DNA of 35,617 nucleotides, taken from the IMG/VR virus record IMGVR_UViG_3300034012_002207; one strand, written 5' to 3'. The first letter of the stretch is position 1; every line of letters begins with the position of its first letter. Shown here piece after piece: positions 16,117 through 25,600 of the stretch. The position numbers and the translations under genes were made by a program. Origin of the DNA: an uncultured virus (IMG/VR IMGVR_UViG_3300034012_002207). Lineage: Duplodnaviria > Heunggongvirae > Uroviricota > Caudoviricetes. The notes below the pieces were generated by a model. The model saw only the letters and a program-made list of their open reading frames with translations. It searched no databases and was not told the origin of the DNA.

Positions 16117-17545
16117 CAATCATCTCCTGGTGAAGCCGGTCGCTGCGCTGTGAAAGTGCGCGCTGAGCACGCGGATTATCTGGTAGTGTACGATTACGAT
16201 AAATTTCCTTGCTAGTATAAAATACAGCGTCTGGTAGGTTAACTTGTTGATACTGATCAAACCCCGGTACTGTACCCATTTGTGCAACTTGTTGTGCTTG
16301 TTGCTGCTGCTGGGGGTCTTGCCGAGCGCGCTCCGCGCGCTGGGTTTGAGCGGCTTGGGTTCGACGTTGCTGCTGTGCTGTAGGTTGAGGTGTAATACCG
16401 GATACAGTTAAACCTGTACCAAGTTGTGGGTTTATATTAATTTGAGAAGTAGGACTGGTGGTACTAGTAATACTTGGTACAGTAATTGCTTGCTGCGCTT
16501 GAGGGTCCCCTATTAATACAGTTTCTGCTAGTTTGCTAGTATCGGTTAAAGAATTTGATTGACTAGGGCTAAGAGTAGGAGTAGTATAATTGGTACACTG
16601 TGGACTACTCTGCGAATTAGATTTACACGCATCTGTTACCTGTTTTTCTTTAAAAGCGTTTGCATATCCTGAACAACCAGAATTGTATAGAGGATTTGCT
16701 GTGCATTGTTGATTGAAGTATGCCTGCGGGTACAGTAAACAGGCCGTAGAAAAAAGGGGGTTAGAAGCACATTGTTGATTTAGATATGCTGATTCGTATC
16801 CGGGACACTCAGGAGAAAACAAAACATTCACTGAGCATTGTTGACTACGATATGCTTGTGCATACCCCTGACAATTTGGACTGTATATAGAATTAATATT
16901 GCATTGAGATTGAAAATATGCTTGTTGATAGTTTGGACAGGTTGATGCATAAAGTGGATTCACAGCGCACTCATCAACCACATACATTGCATTTAAAGAA
17001 ACATTTTTAATCTGCGGTCCATAATAACCCGCCCAATACCTATCATCTTTTCCATTAAAACTTACATCAAACCTATCAACAAAATCTAAATTAAATGGAC
17101 TGCCATAATTTCTTTTACCACTTACAGTTTCCCATCCATTTGTTTGATTAAGTGTATAGTTGTCTTTTTGTTTACTGAATCCAAATTGATCTTTTAGATC
17201 AACAGAAAAAGAAACAAATCCTCTATTAAATTCACTATTCATGTATTGAAAAGAATAGTTGTATCCATAAAGTCTTAGATGAGTACCTTGTAGAGCTTCA
17301 CGTAATCTTATTTCTTGGTTAACAATTTGCTGTGTATAACCAAATAGTATTGTTTGTGTTTGAGGATTATAGGCTGCGCGATTTCCTCCAGATGTTCCTC
17401 CTGGAGTATAATTACCTGTAACAGTATTTGCCCAGCTATTTTGAATTAGATTGGGTGTTGTATGTATATCCTGAGCACTACAGGAGAATGAGAAGAATAG
17501 CCAGGACGCCAAGCCCAGCACTAACTTTTTGCCAGAAACTTGCAT
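16097..17545 (-). CDS. exported protein: putative lectin-like domain, Cys repeats and S/T/Q-rich linker
   Basis: Signal peptide, GKDDRYWAGYYGP motif and about six 22-aa two-Cys repeats. Confidence 0.8.
   Translation of the reverse strand: MQVSGKKLVLGLASWLFFSFSCSAQDIHTTPNLIQNSWANTVTGNYTPGGTSGGNRAAYNPQTQTILFGYTQQIVNQEIRLREALQGTHLRLYGYNYSFQYMNSEFNRGFVSFSVDLKDQFGFSKQKDNYTLNQTNGWETVSGKRNYGSPFNLDFVDRFDVSFNGKDDRYWAGYYGPQIKNVSLNAMYVVDECAVNPLYASTCPNYQQAYFQSQCNINSIYSPNCQGYAQAYRSQQCSVNVLFSPECPGYESAYLNQQCASNPLFSTACLLYPQAYFNQQCTANPLYNSGCSGYANAFKEKQVTDACKSNSQSSPQCTNYTTPTLSPSQSNSLTDTSKLAETVLIGDPQAQQAITVPSITSTTSPTSQININPQLGTGLTVSGITPQPTAQQQRRTQAAQTQRAERARQDPQQQQQAQQVAQMGTVPGFDQYQQVNLPDAVFYTSKEIYRNRTLPDNPRAQRALSQRSDRLHQEMIDEQYRK
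16587..16975 (-). repeat. about 6 degenerate 22-aa (66-bp) Cys repeats
   Basis: C-x2-N-P-L-Y/F-S-x2-C-x2-Y-x2-A-Y-x2-Q-Q units in the translation. Confidence 0.85.
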
Positions 17546-18023
17546 TGTTACTCTCCTTTACGGATTCAGGTTTTCGTGTTGGATTGGTGTCCCATATTCT
17601 CTTAGCTTCTTCGCCGATCTTACCATCCACTGGACAAGGTGTTCCAGCATTCATCATGGCAGTAAATACTCGATCATCTTGGCATAGTGTGGATACCGCT
17701 GCAACCTTCATGCCCATGTCATAAAGATTCTTTGCAAGCTTAATACGTTCACAGTTCATATCCCGAACAGTACTACCACCACTAATACCTAAGATTTGAG
17801 TTTGTACTGCTCCTGACACACCAACAGTACAAAGATCATTGTTAATTACAGTAATACCTGGACTAATAGCACTAGGTGGGGGCGATTTAACTGTAGTTTC
17901 ATTTACGCTAGTACTAGTCGAATTAGATTGACTATTACTTGTTGATTCTGAAATAATCCTGTCTGTTGTTTGGGCAAGGGCAAGGCTTGAAATCAAAAAT
18001 AATAGCCAAACTAATTGTCGCAT
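17478..18023 (-). CDS. exported, C-terminally anchored Cys-containing protein
   Basis: Signal peptide (ALA-Q), Ser/Thr linker, four-Cys domain (NCERIK, GMKVAAV, AGTPCP) and a hydrophobic C-terminus. Confidence 0.82.
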   Translation of the reverse strand: MRQLVWLLFLISSLALAQTTDRIISESTSNSQSNSTSTSVNETTVKSPPPSAISPGITVINNDLCTVGVSGAVQTQILGISGGSTVRDMNCERIKLAKNLYDMGMKVAAVSTLCQDDRVFTAMMNAGTPCPVDGKIGEEAKRIWDTNPTRKPESVKESNNASFWQKVSAGLGVLAILLILL

Positions 18024-18038
18024 AGTAACCTCTACGTA

Positions 18039-18416
18039 TTATGGATTAATAGGTGCGGGTGGTGCAGTAGTAGGTGTAGGTGCAGGAGCCCAAGGTAGTG
18101 TAGCTTCAGTTACTGGAGTTAATTTATCATCAATCTGTTTTTGAATTTGAGCATTAACGTGTTCTTCGTAACCGCCAACGACTACAGCTTTAATCCATTC
18201 TAAAACCATTTCTTCCGTAAGTTGGTCAAAAGGAATAAATGTATATCCTTCAGGCATTCCTACTGTAGTAAAAGGTGTTGCACCTGAAAATGTTCCTGTA
18301 TTTCCATTTTCATCAGTACCAGTTTTTGTCCAGTATGTTTGAACAATAGCATTTTGATTTGAACCTTCAGTTTTAGTTTTTGCTGAAGTTACTTTCCATG
18401 TATAAGTAATTGCCAT
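18039..18416 (-). CDS. conserved tail-fibre-associated phage protein
   Basis: TYTWK...FIPFDQLTEE.VL.WI...LPW pattern, usually found next to fibre genes; AGGAG RBS. Confidence 0.75.
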   Translation of the reverse strand: MAITYTWKVTSAKTKTEGSNQNAIVQTYWTKTGTDENGNTGTFSGATPFTTVGMPEGYTFIPFDQLTEEMVLEWIKAVVVGGYEEHVNAQIQKQIDDKLTPVTEATLPWAPAPTPTTAPPAPINP

Positions 18417-18440
18417 TATTTTCTCCTAAAATGTTGGCGC

Positions 18441-18533
18441 TTGTTTTGCTAGTAGTTATCTTACTAGCATTTTTAACTTGTTGATTTCTGACTGTTATTA
18501 TTTGATGGGCGTAACTAAGAGGTTACCATAGTA
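18441..18533 (-). pseudogene. decayed C-terminus of a peptidase S74-type intramolecular chaperone
   Basis: The intergenic frame reads YGNLLVTPIK**QSEINKLKMLVR*LLAK, with TAA where E/Q codons are expected. Confidence 0.55.
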
Positions 18534-18541
18534 ATTCCTTA

Positions 18542-19000
18542 TTATACGGGTTGGGTTGGCCATTCTACTGACCAAGGAAAGTTTGATTGTGTGGTAATAT
18601 TTCTAAGAGCTTGTCTATACGTTGCCCATGTTTGTTTATCTACAGGGGTGTCTGCTACTTGTGTCCAATCTGTGCTTGAAAGTAGTTCATTTCTCCGTTT
18701 TCTTATGTCGTATGCAGCAGCATCAAATCTAGTTTGAATGTGTTCTGGAAGTGCATCAACTACACTCCAAACCCTTGTCCAAGTTCCGTTTTGTAGAGTT
18801 GGTTGTAGTTCAACTAATTCTTTAGTATGATCAATCTGTGGCATTACGCTTTCTGCTACCCTAAAAATACCTCTACTATTCAGAGAATCTTCTTCTACAG
18901 GAATAGTAAACGATGTATTAGGAAAATCTACTCTTAAATCGTACAGATTATAAGGGTATTTCTCAATTTCACCATTACTATTTAATTTTACATATATCAT
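18542..19000 (-). CDS. tail fibre assembly chaperone-like protein
   Basis: C-terminal R..RN.LL..TDWTQ..D.P....WA.YRQALR.IT.Q..FP....WP..P motif. Confidence 0.88.
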   Translation of the reverse strand: MIYVKLNSNGEIEKYPYNLYDLRVDFPNTSFTIPVEEDSLNSRGIFRVAESVMPQIDHTKELVELQPTLQNGTWTRVWSVVDALPEHIQTRFDAAAYDIRKRRNELLSSTDWTQVADTPVDKQTWATYRQALRNITTQSNFPWSVEWPTQPV

Positions 19001-19013
19001 TAGTTTTCCTTAA

Positions 19014-19688
19014 TTAGTAGTCTGTACCTGCCATATAGTATCCAGTATATATAGTCCATGCGGTACCGCCCGAAGCATTGCCTACAAAAACATAGCTTTG
19101 ATTTGCTGAAAAGTATCCTGCAGGAGAGGGTGTAGCTAGATAAGAGTTTGTAGTAGCTATGCCAGATGCACCACTCGTTCTATTATGATTACCAAATAAT
19201 ACTTCTAGTACAGGTACTCCGCCTGTTTTTGCGCTATTAAAAAAAGTAGCTTCATATACAATACCAGGTGAACCAATAGTACCGCTAGTACTACCATTTC
19301 CTTCATATCTAATTCTTGTATAATCAGTTCCAGATTGAATCATTGAAACTTGTTGATATGAATTATCGGCAGCTCCTAAGTGAATTTTATGTAGAGCAGG
19401 ATTACTTGCACTTAAACTACTAAAAACAGTTGAACCACTGCCAAAAGTAATATAAGTATTTGAACCGATATAGGCTGTTGTAAAACTATTTAGATTAAGT
19501 GCAAAGCTTGGTATAGTAACACTAACAAAACTATCATCAACATTTCCATATGATAAACCTGTCCAACCACTAGGAGGATAATTAGGATGTCCACCAGCAC
19601 CTAGGGTTGGCGCTTTAGTTCCGGCTGTTAGTGTATACCCTCTGGGTTGACCACTAGCCATAAAATTATTAAAACTAATTGTATCCAT
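19014..19688 (-). CDS. putative fibre-tip/adhesin-like beta-rich protein
   Basis: Gly/Ser/aromatic-rich, with a nidogen-like DDSF..V.IP.F...YIGSNTYITFG segment. Lies between the fibre and chaperone genes. Confidence 0.55.
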   Translation of the reverse strand: MDTISFNNFMASGQPRGYTLTAGTKAPTLGAGGHPNYPPSGWTGLSYGNVDDSFVSVTIPSFALNLNSFTTAYIGSNTYITFGSGSTVFSSLSASNPALHKIHLGAADNSYQQVSMIQSGTDYTRIRYEGNGSTSGTIGSPGIVYEATFFNSAKTGGVPVLEVLFGNHNRTSGASGIATTNSYLATPSPAGYFSANQSYVFVGNASGGTAWTIYTGYYMAGTDY

Positions 19689-19689
19689 T

Positions 19690-22600
19690 TTAATTATCGT
19701 AGTTAGTTAAATAAGAACCACGCCATCTACTTCCAGCATCATCTGTAACAAACATAAATAAGTGAGTTTTACCTGTTGTTAAGGAAGGAGCAGTGTTACC
19801 CGGCCATTTTACAGTTGAAGGCCAAGTAATAGTACCACTAGTGTGTGTTACTTCAAGTGTAAATGAGTATGCAAGAGTATATCCACTTAAACTAGTTACA
19901 TTACTAAATGTAAATGTACTATTACCAGCAATTGTTTTTGTAAAGTAGTTGCCTTGCCTACAATCAATATCTAGTGCTCCAGGAGTGATACCGTTATAAT
20001 TAGCAGCTTTTAAATGAAAAACATAGTTTTCACCAACATATATATTAGAAGAACTACCTGCTGTTATAATTACACGATCTCCTGTACTACTACTAGCCTC
20101 TATGTTTAGATCTTGGGAGGTTTGTCTATTATAAGTAAAAATTTGAGTCAATACATCATTACCACCAGAATTCCTATCAGCAAAACGTATAAATGATCCA
20201 AATCTAGCTGCTGTTGGAGTTTGTGTTCTTCTAATAACAATGACAGGATATTCAAGAAAACTATTACTAGTATTTTCGATTAAAAATGTTGATTGAGTAC
20301 GAGTACTACCAGACATATACATGGGTATGTCTGTTGCCGTTCCATATGCATTATCGCTAGGATCATTAGCAGTATTAACTCGTAGTTTAAGAAGTCTAGA
20401 AGTGCTTGCTGGATCTACATAATAAGCAGTATTATCACGATCATACATTAAGTTTGAATAAAAACTACCACTCTCTACTCGAGTATGTTCGTCACCTTTA
20501 TTAATCGAGAATCTTATTGTTTCAAGACCTTCATTGTTGTAGAATCTAATACCACCATAGCCAGGTTGAGCACCCATGCGAATACCGGTGTGCCAACGTA
20601 AATCGAGCTTGGTATATGTGCCACCATAGTTTTCAAAGTTAGTACCAATATAGTAACTGCCAGCCGCGTTATCATCGCCGCCACCAAACATAAGGCGAAT
20701 ACCATCAACGCTACTATAAGGGTTAAGACCATTGTAACCGCCTATAGTGACTCGTCTATAATTTGTTGGATGAAGATTTATTGTCCAATTACCCGTGCTA
20801 TCTAATAAACCAAATCCAGCACTGTCCCAATAAATAGATCCTTTTCTTCCGGTTGAGCTATTTTGAGTGCTGTTAAACTGGTCATAAAATATTAATCCGC
20901 CAACTGAAACACTACCATTATCTGGATTAATGTGCCAGTAATTAGCACCTGCAGAATAAAAATGCGAATCAGTTGCAGTATTGTATAAACCAGTCGCAGA
21001 ATTTTGATTTCTAAACCAACCATAGTTGTATATCTGATTAGGAAATACATCATTGAGTCTGCTGCTGCCGTTAGGATCGCAGTAGTAATTGGTGTCGTTT
21101 TGATCGTAAACAATAGGCGTGCGTACATCTGTGTATGCTTGTAGAATACCATCAACCTGTAACGCTGTAGGTGTTCTAAAGTTTCTTAAGTCGCTAGTTA
21201 TATTTGTAAATGACTCTGTTGTGGTTTGAGCTACGCTGTATGATCCACCAAGATCCATTGCATTGTTATAAAACGAAGCATTATGAATTTTTCTTAATCT
21301 TACAGTACCGTAGTTCCACTCTGATCCAGAAGTTCCAATGACTACACAATACTGACCGTCTTTAAATCCTAGTCTTACTTGTTTGTCAATGAACCCAACT
21401 ACATTACAAGAATTATTATACCAAGCACTATTCCAATTATGTCCGCCGACTATGATTGTAGCAGTGCGAGGAGAATTGTACTCGTAATAATCAAATACCA
21501 TGTGTACCATACCATAGTTACCGCTACCACCTGGTAACTTGAATATGATCATACCAGTACTACTTCCACTCGAAGACCACTCTACGTTAGGGAAAGCATG
21601 ATTTTCGCCTAGTTCAATTGCGCCTGCGATTTTTAATGAACTAGTAGTACTATTTGGATCTAGATAGTATGTGGTATCATTAGAGTCATAGAAAATCTGC
21701 GCTCTCATAGAGGAGCCATCTGCTACAGAATAATCATCTCCAACAACACGCAGTCTCCAACTAGCCCCACTGTTTAAAAATCCAATATTATTACTACTGT
21801 CTGCATACACATATCCACGAGACGTGCCTTGATGCCCGCCCGTTCTAAAAATAATACCAACATTAATGCCATTATTTCCAGCTAAGTTCCAGTAGTCGTT
21901 GCCAGTTGCATACCAGTGATTTCCATAAGACTCATTATACAAACCTTGTTGTCCGTAGTTTCTAAACCAGCCGCCAATATAAACTTGGCCAGCTATGTTT
22001 GCATTGTTGCCTGGATCGACATAGTAACCAGTGTTATTTATCTCATAGAATATTGGTGCGCGCATATCATCGCGAGCACGAATACTTCCTGAAACGGCTG
22101 CTAAGAAACCTCCATTTTCTAAAACTAGGAGGCCGTGTGTGTTTAGATTGCCGGCTGTTCCACCAGCATTTGGGTGTGACCAAGCTAGTCCATATAAGCT
22201 TCCAGTAGTAGTACCATCTGCAGGAAGTTTATACGAATCTCCCATTGCAAACACGCCTTGGTATCTATAAGAAGAATATACACCAACTATACCTTTACCG
22301 TAGTCGTCAAATACAATATTACGACCATAAGTAATTCTTGTGGCATCACGGGTGTCGTGGTAGTGAATTAAACTATCTGTTCCAGCATATCGGCTATAAC
22401 GATATGCAGTATATTGGCTATCCCAATACCATCGGTCACCATACCAGCCACTACTATCTTCACCAAATCTGAATTCAGAAGTACCAGAATCGTGTGCTCC
22501 TAGGAATAGGCTTCGTTGAAACGAAGTGCTATTTGGGTCTAAATAGTAACTAGTATCATTAGAATCATAGAAGATTGGTGAACGCATGTCAACAGGAGCT

Positions 22601-25600
22601 GTAACGTTACCGCTAGTATTGATGGTTAAATATGGTGCTCCCCATCCAGTACTAGCATCTGTCCATCCACCATAATATGCTCTATGACCATGATTTTTAG
22701 TTATACGAAATGTGTCGTCACTGCCTGTTACAAATCCTACAGACCAAGAAGTATTTACCTGATTACTTGAAAATAAAATAGAAGGTCTATCTCCGGCTCC
22801 ATCAATTCTATATTCTGCCACTACACCCCATGAATGGTTTCCGTGAAGATTTCTAAATAAGAATCCGGATCCGTTATTTGTTGCACTTACACGATTATCA
22901 AAGAAAGCTGCGTGTCCATTCACTGCGTTGTTGCTTCCAATAAAGTGTAGATTATATCCAGGAGTATGTGTTCCAGATCCACCTGAAACAGTCCAGTCGC
23001 CTTCAGATCCTATTCCGATGTAGCCGTTTGTTCCAACATGGAAGAATGAAGTACCATTATATCCAGAAATACCATTGTGAGGATTCCAGTCACCTGCAGA
23101 AGAATAACCCATTGACAACATAGTACCAGTACCATTAGTACCAATAACAAATTGATGCCCTGTGCCATTAGATGTAAACTGAATAGTTGGTCCATGCTGT
23201 GTGTTAGACGTAACAGTATGATTTAGTGATATTACCGGATACGCGCCATGTGCTTGAATAATTGCTCGTTGATTAGTATCTTGAAGAGAGTATTGTACAG
23301 CAGTAGCGCCAACAACTAATTCATTCCCGTAGATGCCAGTAGCTCCACCACTTATAGTCAAAAATCTAGATTGACGTGTTCCACCTGTACCATCAAAATA
23401 ATAACCAGTATCATTTGAATCATAAAATATTGGTGCGCGATAACTATTGTTGGTTTGAACCGCAGTGGCATACTCAAGGATCCCACCTCTGTAATTTTCT
23501 AAAACTACATCACCATAACTATGGCGCAAATTAAATTGGGCAGGACTTCCAGCAGAAGTATTCTGCGATTGTAAAATAGCTTGTACATCATTTCTAAATA
23601 AATTTATGTACCCAGCTGTGCGAAAAGATAAATCGGCACCAGGGTCGACATAATAACCAGTATCATTATAATCATAGTATATCGGTGAACGCATCTGACT
23701 ATCGGCGTCGACGCGTGTATTATAAGATGTATGTGCTCCAGAAGCAGAATCCCAAACACTATTTTGAGCTGATGAAGTTGGTGATACACTCTGACTATTA
23801 ATACTGTAAGTACTTGATTGTGCAGTAGCACCTAAATTGCGACTAAAATAAAAGTAGTAGGTGCCACCACCGCGTAGCCATACAACTTCAGTACTACTAT
23901 GTATCATTTGCGTAATACCACCACAAATAGTCAAATTAGTAAATCTTTCGTGGTATTGTTCTACCCTTCTCTTAACTTCAGTAGTTCCCCAGCTACTACC
24001 GTTAGTCCACCATCTTAGATTTAAAGTAAATCCGCTTGGGTGTGTAGCCCAAGATGGAACGTTAGAGTTTAAATTATTTTGAATCTCTATCCAGCATCCG
24101 CCAGTTGGAACTTGTATAGTTACAGGATAGTAATTGCTTGTGCTATATGTCGAAGTGTTCGACATGTCAACTGTTTGTGGTTTATACAGTTGTACATTGC
24201 CGTCATCAATAGTAATTGAGTTTAGTCTGGATGTGCTTGCTGGATCTGTATAGTATGCTGTATTATTTGAATCATAGAATATAGGTGCTCTAGATGAAGA
24301 AGAAGATGTTGTATCTCCACTGCTAATTGTAAATGACCAAGTCGATCCATATCCAACATTATTAAATTCATAGTAGTTAGCGTTAAAGTATCTACTGCTT
24401 CCTGATGTATAATCTCTCGATCCCCAGCTACCAGCTGATCCTGCAGTCCCCGCCATGTAAAGGAAGCCTGATACATGTGCATCACCACTAATACTTAATC
24501 TTACGTCTGGTGTGGCACCACCTAATCCAAGATTTACGAGTTTAGAATTTGAATTTGGATCTACATAGTATGCAGTATCATTAATATCATATAATCCTGG
24601 CATCCTTGGCCAAGTGTCAAAATAAAATGCCCCACTTGGTGCACTTAAATTAATATTACCATCACCAATTGGTGTTATCGTATTTAAATAAGTTCCAGAA
24701 CCTACATTAATGTTCCCAATTCGCGAAGTGTTTAATCTCGATGTGCTAGCTGGATCTAAATAATAATTAGTATCATTAGCATCATAGAAAATTGGTGAAC
24801 GAATTGATCCGTTGTAAACGTATCCTCCGTCATTAGCGCCTTGTGCCATTAACGTTAGCGGATGATTAGACATCGTTCCAATTTTGCCCACGCCTTGACC
24901 AGTGTGTGAATACATCGTAGTGATAATGCCATCACTATTGCTAACTACATCTAATCTCGCATGAGCAGAACCAACAAGATTCATTCTAGCATTCCAACTA
25001 CCATCATTGCTGGAACTTACGTTTCCAGCAAAAATGTGAAGTAGTCTAGAGCCACTGTTTGGATCTAGATAATAATTAGTATCATCAAGGTCGTATATAA
25101 ATGGAGCATACAGCGTAACGTGTGATCTAACATTATTATCCCACATTCCCGTCGAGAATAATAGTGTTTCTCCACCATCACCATGACCATTCATATCAGC
25201 ATCAGTTGTCGGAGAATTATTATAGAATCGTGTTCCTCCGTAATTATAATAACCACCTATTCTAATTCCAGTATGGTGTCCAATGATATAGTCTTTATAT
25301 GGATATGACCAACTACTATAGCCATTAGCTATATCCATACCCTGTGAATAATGGCCCCCACCAAATGAAGTTCCACCAGAACCAGATCCATGTTGTATTT
25401 TACCTGCATAAAGTTGAATTTCATTTGGAAGAATGCTATTTAACCTAGATGTACTTGCAGGATCTGTATAATATGCAGTATCGTTTGAATCATAGAAGAT
25501 AGGAGATCTAAAATCACCAGATGCATATCCGGTACCGTTGATACTTACTCTGTGAGATGAATTGTGATTGTTTTCACCAAAATACCAATTTCCTGAAGTC

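Noticed and set aside
17520..17535. C-AAA-AAG slippery site fusing the 181-aa and 482-aa ORFs
   Set aside because: A fusion would need a +1 shift. A -1 slip at this site would only truncate the downstream protein.
18447..18474. TGCTAGTA...TACTAGCA hairpin as a terminator
   Set aside because: The stem is AT-rich and its T tract is on the + strand, opposite to local transcription. It may be incidental.
18495..18500. Stop-codon reassignment suggested by in-frame TAA codons
   Set aside because: Genes throughout the window are intact under code 11 and mostly end in TAA, so decay is the simpler explanation.
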